Source: Eledone cirrhosa (taxonomy: Eukaryota). From it: 63,269 bases of DNA. The translations under genes were made by a program, and so were the position numbers. The notes under the pieces were generated by a model. It saw nothing but the letters and a program-made list of their open reading frames with translations, did not search any database and was not told the origin of the DNA. Every line of letters begins with the position of its first letter. Position 1 is the stretch's first letter. Positions 56,074 to 63,269 of the stretch are shown here, piece after piece. The stretch is from NCBI GenBank assembly GCA_964016885.1, contig CAXHJY010001553.1:1-63269 (forward strand), in the 5' to 3' direction.

Positions 56074-59000
56074 TTCGATTTTGTATTTGTTTTGCAAGAT
56101 TTCTTATCTGGAAATGTGTGTTGAAACAGATATTACTATACTTTGGGAAGGTCATACTGCCAATAAAAACACACACATCCTGTAGGTTTTCACTTCAATT
56201 TATTACAAATTTCCAGATGCTTGGTTTAATAACCAGATCATTATTTATTTATTTATTCGGTTATTGCTTTAGCAAAAGAAATGGTTTTAACCATTTGTGA
56301 ACATTTTTCAAACAGGAATATACTGCCATTGTGTCTTAATTATCAAGTTAATTATAAGTTCCAATTTAATAATAATTTCTTTATTGGTCACTAAACTATT
56401 GACATTTAATACTATCTACCATGTAATAATTTTACTTCAAGATTTGAATTTAAATTTCAACCTTTTTGTAGGACTTGTTTTGGCTGGGTTAGTGTTGTAT
56501 ATATGAAAGACAAAAGAAAAAAAAACAGTGAGTGAATTTATTGAAATAAAAATAGCTTACCCGGGAAGTATATAAATTGGTTTATCCTGATCAATAAAGT
56601 AGAAATGTTTTAACCAGGGTGCATTTACCTGCAATAAATGAAATAAATATTATTGCTTTTACATTTTCTTTTTTTTTTTAATATTCCGAAGGAATATTTC
56701 TTCTTCCAATGGTAACCTTAGAAAATGCCCAAGGAATACTGAAGTCATATTTTATAAGAGAAATTACATTATGTACACAATATCCTTTTTACATTTTTAA
56801 ATGTAAAAAGGATATTGTGATTATCTTTTAACGTCTATTTATCCTTGTTGGAATGGGTTAGACTGGTCATCATTGACCAAGTCAGTACATATTTGGAGCC
56901 ACTGACTTCTCGCTTACAAACACTCCACAGAATGTATTAGGTGCATATTATTGTGGTACCAGCCCTAGGGACATTGTCGAGTCCTTGACAAAAATAAAGA
57001 GTCTTTTTGACACATTGGTTGGCAAGTTTTCTATAGCTGGATACCCCTCGTAAAACTAATCATTTTACAGAGTGTGTGAAAGTAAATGGAGAAAAACACG
57101 TGTTTATATATGGTTTTATTATATATATTATTTTTTAGAGCCTAGTATTGGATTGTTACTTATATTAGGGTGTTGGGGTGCATATTGAGTAAGGATGTAT
57201 AGTTTGAATGAGGAAGGGTGTGAGAATGAGGTAAAGTTGTTGACAAATGAACCAAGGCAGCATAGGGTAGAGAGGGCTCTTTACTTTTATCGAGGAAATG
57301 ACCTCCCTACTACTAGTGTCATAAGATGTAGCCAGTACATTCGCACAAGTAGTTGGTGATAGGATAGGCATGAAATCATTGAAAGAATGCCAACATTTGG
57401 AACATACGAGCGTGACATATATTCCATTAAATCCTGGCCGATTCACTCGTATATAATTTATGAATAACCAAAATTTATATTGACTTGTTAGAATTGTTTG
57501 AGATAAGGATAGGGAAAATAAATACCGTAACAGTTTAAACAAACTCAGTTTTACAACGAAGTGTAAATTGCATGTATTCAAATATTTATATATTTACCCG
57601 TATGACCTGACCCCGAATCGGAGTAAGCTGGTTGTCATTAGACAGCTCATAATTTCCAAGGCCACAACAGTTTACCACAATATCACAATCAGGCATCACC
57701 TAAAAGAAAACAAAATTTGTTTGAGAAGAAGGAACTATGCACAAACAATCTCTCATCATAGATACAAAAAATTTTTTAACGCATAAATGTTAATTATATA
57801 AGGGAGATAACTCGGATATATCCAGTCTGAATAATGTACCTTGAAATTTGCTGATTTTTTTAAAATGTTTATTTTGTCTACTTGTGTTTTAATTAGGTTA
57901 ACCACAGTAGAAAATAACATTTTTTTCTTTAACTTTGCCTTTCATCCTTACGGGGTCAATAAAATAAAGTACCAGTAATGTACTGGATAATTGCTGGCCT
58001 TGTGCCAAAAGTAGAAACAATTATAATAGTTACTGTCCGTGAAATATATATATATACACCAGGTACGAAAACAAAGAACCAAACTCCCACTATCACTGCC
58101 TCCGTCTCTTCTACTCTCTCCATCTCTCACTACAGTATGGGTAGAGCGTCAGACACGATGCTTTGCAGCATAGAGTTGCGTCCCTTTATGATCTGAGTTC
58201 AAATCCTGCCATGGTTAACTCTGCCTTTCATCCTTACGCGGTTGATAAAATAAAGTACCAGTAATGCAGTGGAATAATTGCTGGCCTTGTGCCAAAAATC
58301 ACTTGGGTCTCGTACCCGTCCGACAACTTGATGTGGTCCGGGATTTTTGAGGAAATCTGTCCTGGACCACCTCTCCCTCTTTGTAAGTTTGACATTGAGG
58401 AGGGTGTCAGGGCCCTCTGCTGCCATGCATCCCAGGAGCCACCATAGATCCAGTCCCAGCAGAATCCTAGGAACATGGACCCTTGCTCTCCTCCTCCCCG
58501 TGTTGGACAGGTGCACCATTATTTGGTTCGTCTTGCAGGGAACCACCGAATGCTCGATAGCAAGGGCCTCAGTTTTGAAGAGCACCAAGATGCTCTCGAA
58601 TTAATATGTGAGTAGGGACTTCAAAATCACATTGAAGTATATGACATACACTTAATTCTCTCAAATGAAATAATTTCACCTTACAGTTTGGTTAGCTGAT
58701 GAACCTTGTTTTCAACACTTCTTGCTCTGACCACATAAAGACAATGGCTAAGCTTTCATTTTCGACTACACAGTCTACATATACCCAGGTCAAATCATGC
58801 TACAACACTTATCAGGCTACAAGTTTTTGAATATTTTTACAATGCTGCTACGCGGCATAGACGATTAGCAATTTATTTATTGCTTGCAGGAAATTATATA
58901 TTTAATTAAATTATTGAAATCTGTGTAAAATTGTGATCTATTAAGGTTCAGTAATGCGCCTCTCTGAGCTCTGCATCCTATGAGTTTGCTTAGTTGTCCT

Positions 59001-60092
59001 TAATGTTAACATCAACTCCATCTGTAGTACAATATAGTGATATAAAAACATCAAACTATAACAGTTATTATATTATCATCACTTACCTCCGACAATGATT
59101 CTATTTTCTTGCGTTTAACCTTTCCACCAAGAGAAATAAATCTGATGGATGAGAAGAAAAAAGAACCAATATGTATATACCAGTAGTTACTAGCTTGGTG
59201 TCTGCAAAAGTAGGACTGGAGGTCCATGAGATAAGTTCAAAATTTCAAATACCTTGTTAGAAACATAATAGGTACATGCTAATAGTATCCATTCCTTTTT
59301 TAAGTATGTTATTTGTATGTTATTTGTATGTTTAAGATTGTTATTTGTATCATACAACAATCTGGGAGCGGATTAATTGTAGCGGAAGTGGGACTGGGGG
59401 CCTTCAAGGGAAAATCCATATAAACAGAAGGGATCATTCTTAGGAAAAAGGTTGGAAGTATGGGTTTTTAGACACATATGTAAAACAAGAGCATACACAC
59501 ACATGCACTGATATACATAAAATACATGAATAAAAATATAAGGTATAAGTAAAGATATGTATCTATATATGTATACACGTTCCAACACAGATGCATATCT
59601 TTCTTTCACTGTAGCAAATAAAGTAAGGAATGCAAGTCCTTGCTAGGGCTAAAAAGTTATGTTCGTGTCACCCATGTGTGAGAAAATGATCAAGTGTTGG
59701 TAGTTCTCAAAATCCAGATGTAGCCATCTCTCACACACATACACATACAATCAACATTTTACATTCATATTTAATGTTTGCATGAGTTGGACAGGTCTTT
59801 TTCACCATTGCATCCCGCCAGGTGTCACCAATCCATGTTATACATTTTGTGTAGTTCAGCCTCTTCAGATCAGTTTCAATCACTTCTTCCTGTAATTTCA
59901 TCAGCTTTCCTCTTCCACATGTTCCTTCCACCTGAATTGCTTGACACTTCTTTCTTTACTCAACCATCTTTCAATACATATCATATGTTCGTACCAACAC
60001 CAATTCCTTTCAAGCATACAGCATCTGGTTTTTCTCATGTCAATTTTCTTTTCTTCTCAAAACTCATTTGAACTATGTTGTTCATGTACACT

Positions 60093-60163
<71 letters not shown>

Positions 60164-61996
60164 ATGAACATAAGAAAAAAGAGAAATAAGGAAACGTCAC
60201 TCACCTCCGCATCAACCACTTCATATATATAGTACCAGTAACTACAATAGTAGTGTAAAATTTGTTATTTCTGAAAATACATAAAAAAAAAGATAATATT
60301 AAATGTAACAAAGTGTACAGATGACTCCAAAGTAGATTTGATGTTTCTACCACTAATTGTCAAACCACGCTAAAGTCTCTCGATACCAAACCACAGGAAA
60401 AGGTCCTTGGTTCTACAACACAAAAAGGTTTCTTTTAAAGTATATACAGAAGTATATACAGTCTTTCTCTGATTATAAAATACCATATATCTCAGATACT
60501 ATTCGAGATTTTACTTTTTCATTGCTTTAATTTATAAATTTCAAGTTTAAAGTTTTTCTGAACATGTTTTACATTTTTTCTTCTTCACGAAGTAGTTGTA
60601 ATTTTCAGAAACAAAATGGCATCCATGAAATAACAAGCTCAGTGTGTTTTGTGGTTTCAAAGACTTTATGCTCACCATGTATATTTATCTAAAAACATTC
60701 CATCATTATTTTATGCAAAAACATTCAAGTTATGCTTCAAAACCCAGCTTAATAATGAATAAATTAGTTATATTACTAAACCTCTCCAGATCTTAATTAG
60801 TTTCCAAATTATTCAAAAATCATAAGCAATGTCTTTCATTAGAAAAATGGTAATGAAAGAGCTGTCAGGTGAATAAGATTAACACAATTAACATTCATTT
60901 TTAATTGAAAGACATAGTGAAAGAGAATGTAGAAGGAAATATAAACCAGAGGATTCGGTTACCTTTTCAAGGATAGTGGGTGGTAGAATAGGCTAAAATA
61001 GGCTAAAATGCATTGTGGAATTTTGTTAGGCCAGTGTCATCATCATCATCATCATTGTTTAATGTTTATCTTCCACACTAGCATGGGTTAGACGGGAGTT
61101 GTCCCACTTGAGGCAAGATTGGTCGGGTGACCATGTCTCGCTCGTATAGGACTATCTGGCAGGTTTTTTCCGGCTGGATACCCTTCCTAACACTAACCAC
61201 ATTTACAGTGTGGACTGGGAACTTTTTACCGTGTTACCTACACGGCCACATTACAGCATAGACTGTGTTTTTTTTGTCATGACACCTACACAATCTCATT
61301 AGTTTGGACTGGATGTTGTGGTACCAACATGACTTTATAGAGAAAGGGTGGTGTTGGCAGGAGTGGGGTAGTGGGTTGGGGTGTGTTTGGTTTGGATTTT
61401 TTATGCTTTCAATTGCAATAAAATAAATACCAGTCAGGTACTACAGTCAGTTTGCGGGAATGCTTTTGCAGTCTTGTTGACGGCGTAGACCCAATACCGC
61501 CGCGCCATAAGCCTAGAGCCAATCACTCTTCCCCGCCCCCCTCCTATTCTTCTGTGACCCTAGAGCCCTTGCCTTTCCCTCCCTTTTCCATAACCACAAA
61601 AGACACTTGTATTTTTTACAATAAAACTTTGCCTTCCATATTTTAGGGTTGATAAATAAACTACCAGTCTATTGGAACTGTTAAAGAATCGGACAGGATG
61701 TTTTGTGTGTCTGTTCTGGTTGTGTGAGTTATGAGCTCAAATACCACCTCCTGCGACTGAAAATGCAGTAATATTTTTGCCAGGAGTTGCAACCGACATA
61801 GTATATGCAATGGAAAACAATTTCCTTGGTACTATCTGGAGATTGGCTGCTTTTCTTTCCTATGACTTCAATAAGACACATGAAATAATAATAATAAAAA
61901 AAACAGTACAACTTACGTATAATTTGGATATAATTTGTTTTCTTCTGGAGTCAAATCCCGAATATTCAACACTGTGTCTTTCCAGAAAGGAAGCGA
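48470..61996 (-). CDS. DAO: D-amino-acid oxidase / D-aspartate oxidase family gene, last 8 coding exons (5' exons outside window)
   Basis: Eight GT-AG exons with consistent phases splice to SLPFWKDTVLNIRDLT...YMKWLMRRF...DIVVNCCGLG...PIRGQVIRVNAPWLKHF...YILPG...VIGGTAQKGNW...VGLRP...NNYGHGGCGLT...AKL*. Confidence 0.92.
48614..49596 (+). mobile_element. Tc1/mariner relic interrupted by a SINE-like repeat and a CR1 3' fragment
   Basis: TIR-like GGTGGGTGGAAAG at both ends in inverted orientation; peptides MQNEAPPHF and PARSPDLIPCDFF. Confidence 0.65.
49105..49390 (-). mobile_element. 3' fragment of the CR1 family at 40997-43069
   Basis: Reverse-complement similarity to ~42760-43050. Confidence 0.85.
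49717..50011 (+). mobile_element. tRNA-derived SINE, second family (CORE/V-like central domain)
   Basis: A box TGGCTTTGTGG, B box GAGTTCGATT, then GTGTCCTTGAGCAAGGCACTT; flanked by (TA)n. Confidence 0.75.
50728..51038. mobile_element. hAT (Charlie-like) MITE, 311 bp
   Basis: TIRs CAGTGATTTTCAAC / GTTGAGAACCACTG; perfect 8-bp TSD CTCTAATG at 50720-50727 and 51039-51046. Confidence 0.9.
51153..51251 (-). CDS. DAO: DAO/DDO exon (99 nt)
   Basis: NVEILETKVGLRPFREHTRLDKETVMFNGRSVL; GLRP substrate-binding Arg motif; CAG/GTAAGA boundaries. Confidence 0.92.
51760..52120 (-). mobile_element. Decayed LINE RT-region fragment
   Basis: RWREYFADLLNP and EAEVTRAVQVFKCGKAAEEDEI peptides. Confidence 0.65.
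52405..52458 (-). ncRNA. Complete type I hammerhead ribozyme, intronic and sense to the oxidase gene
   Basis: AUUUUGU-CUGAUGA-GGACGUAC(UGUU)GUACAUCU-GAAA-UAUGUAU-A-AUAAAAU; all core nucleotides present; predicted cleavage after 52412; flanked by a 44-bp inverted repeat (52356-52399 / 52514-52557). Confidence 0.75.
52655..53487 (-). mobile_element. RTE-clade LINE 3' fragment with SINE-like tail ending in (GAT)n
   Basis: GGGCSESTITRVRTGWKKFRELLPLL...MLHGSETWAL...MLRWMC. Confidence 0.85.
53565..53694. mobile_element. 61-bp-arm inverted repeat with a hammerhead core at the loop
   Basis: Arms 53565-53625 / 53634-53694; minus strand reads CUGAAGA-UCCGCAUAAGGU-GAAACACUUGUUC; stem I truncated at the inversion point. 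Confidence 0.6.
53745..54025 (+). mobile_element. RTE-like LINE 3' end fragment
   Basis: RERRLRWYGHVMRMEDDHWVKKC..VEGSRSRGKPRKT, then a (GAT)n tail. Confidence 0.8.
54567..54684 (-). CDS. DAO: DAO/DDO exon (118 nt)
   Basis: (G)MNFVVIGGTAQKGNWDTTPNEVDQKHILEGCAKLVPSLK; AAG/GTAAAC boundaries. Confidence 0.92.
54877..55123. repeat. Inverted repeat, ~93-bp near-perfect arms with a 60-bp spacer
   Basis: 54877-54970 is the reverse complement of 55031-55123 with about one mismatch. Confidence 0.88.
55252..56006 (+). mobile_element. Full-length non-autonomous Helitron in an oxidase intron
   Basis: 5' A|TC, subterminal (TG)n, internal ~140-155-bp tandem repeats, 3' hairpin CCCAGGC-AAT-GCTGGG then CTAG|T; no TSD. 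Confidence 0.82.
56561..56628 (-). CDS. DAO: DAO/DDO exon (68 nt)
   Basis: VNAPWLKHFYFIDQDKPIYILP(G); CAG/GTAAGC boundaries. Confidence 0.92.
57598..57699 (-). CDS. DAO: DAO/DDO exon (102 nt)
   Basis: VMPDCDIVVNCCGLGNYELSNDNQLTPIRGQVIR; family VVNC-GLG and P-RGQ motifs. Confidence 0.93.
57930..58297 (+). mobile_element. Two Meta-domain-like SINE fragments
   Basis: Matches to 43072-43262 at ~57930-58022 and ~58135-58297. Confidence 0.8.
59087..59141 (-). CDS. DAO: DAO/DDO exon (55 nt)
   Basis: (R)FISLGGKVKRKKIESLSE; CAG/GTAAGT boundaries. Confidence 0.9.
60205..60270 (-). CDS. DAO: DAO/DDO exon (66 nt)
   Basis: (T)NNKFYTTIVVTGTIYMKWLMR(R); CAG/GTGAGT boundaries. Confidence 0.9.
61917..61996 (-). 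CDS. DAO: DAO/DDO exon (80 nt)
   Basis: SLPFWKDTVLNIRDLTPEENKLYPNY(T); TAG/GTAAGT boundaries; resembles DAO P-W-KDTVLGFR-LT. Confidence 0.9.
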
Positions 61997-62660
61997 CTAT
62001 GAAAAAAGCACCAAAATATAGATCAGTATGAGGAAACACTCTACATTTAAGTAATTGTTAGATTCACAAGAATGGCATTCAGCTCTGGATCCTGTAATTA
62101 TAAGTTGAGAGAGAGAGAGAGAATCAACATAAGTACTGCACTGGTACCTATTTATTGACCGTGAAAGACGAAGCTGACCTCGTCAGAATTTGATCTCAGA
62201 ATGCTGCAAGGAATTTTTAATCAAACCCTCAACGACCTAGCCAATTCGTCATCTTTATTGGCTCACATTGATATTGATCAATTTTATTGATTGTTGTTGA
62301 TCAAGAAGCTTTATAGACAATGGAATTTAAGTTATGAATAATCTGGTATTTGTATGTGGTTAAGGAGTTCGCTTTGGAACCATGTGATCTCGGGTTCAGT
62401 CTGTGTTTGGCCTTTCTGGAAAGTCCTTGTTACTATAGACTCATTCAGATCACGATTTCACGTGCGTACCCCCGAGACGTATCCATCTGCCTTGAAGAGG
62501 CTTCCAAAAACCGACCATTTATATATATACATATATATAGAAAAAGAAAAATCAAAATCTGAGAAGTTTAAGGGCTTCTGTAAAAATCGTGTTATATAAG
62601 AAAAAGATAAAGTTTTGCAAACAGAATCTAATGTTCTAATGTGTTTTTCTTTATTATATA

Positions 62661-63110
62661 CTAGCAGAGGTACCCGGCGTTGCTCGGGTATTAAATACCA
62701 GTTATCTATACCATTTATGTCAATACTTCAGTGCTGCTTGGAAAACTATACTTTTACAAAATCATCGGCTTTTTCCAAAAGGGGGTTCCTTCCCCCAGGG
62801 CTCCCCTACTCAATATGTGCCAATTCTGAAAGTTCACATTCATCTGTAGAACAAACGTAGCCCATGTGTCAAGTTTTGTGAAAATCGGTTGCGAACTCTA
62901 GAAGTTATGACGTTTTGTTGCATTGCACTGCAGTTCTTCAGTCGACTCCAAGGAAGTGGTTAAAGTGGGTTATCTGCCGGGAGGCCCTATAATCAATATC
63001 TGGAAAAATGAAAGTGCCCATGACCATGCGGAGTACATAAGTAACCTATGTCTTAAGTTTGGTGAAAATACTGTAGAAATGCATAAGGTTTACACACACA
63101 CACACGCGCG
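62661..63110 (-). mobile_element. Non-autonomous Helitron (3' end at 62661; 5' end approximate)
   Basis: Minus strand CCCGAGCAACGCCGGG hairpin + CTAG|T, the same hairpin as at 17204; internal AAATCGG/AAGTTT repeats. Confidence 0.7.
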
Positions 63111-63269
63111 CGCGCGTGTGTGTGTATTTGTGTGTGCGTATGTATGTGTATGTCCGTCAGCGCATACGTATGTACTGGCCTAAATCTTTACTATTTACTT
63201 TTACTATTTTAAGGCAAAGTTAAAATCCCGTCGAGGTTAACTTTGCCTTTCATCCTTACGGGGTCGATA

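Overview
This is eukaryotic, repeat-dense, AT-rich DNA. The SINE families and huge (TA)n arrays suggest an octopus or other cephalopod genome (inference). About 1-26.5 kb is degenerate (TA)n-derived microsatellite, so the Ile/Tyr ORFs there are artefacts. Embedded in it are a near-complete CR1-group LINE (intact EN-RT ORF2 plus a tandem-CCCH ORF1 remnant), an inverted copy of that LINE's 3' end, a 386-bp palindrome with a hammerhead ribozyme in each arm, and a Helitron 3' fragment (PIF1 helicase). The rest holds a 35-bp minisatellite, many SINEs, CR1/RTE remnants, non-autonomous Helitrons, a hAT MITE and a mariner relic. One clear host gene is present: the last 8 coding exons (48470-61996, minus strand) of a D-amino-acid/D-aspartate oxidase family flavoenzyme ending in the peroxisomal signal AKL. 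A probable first exon of a secreted protein lies at 38497-38578 (-). Three signals stand out. First, a dispersed set of Penelope-type hammerhead ribozymes tied to inverted repeats, including a complete one in the sense orientation of an oxidase intron. Second, a (TA)n-associated LINE whose AUG-less ORF2 overlaps ORF1 in the -1 frame across two canonical slippery heptamers. Third, stepwise, directional change of the microsatellite unit along about 20 kb.
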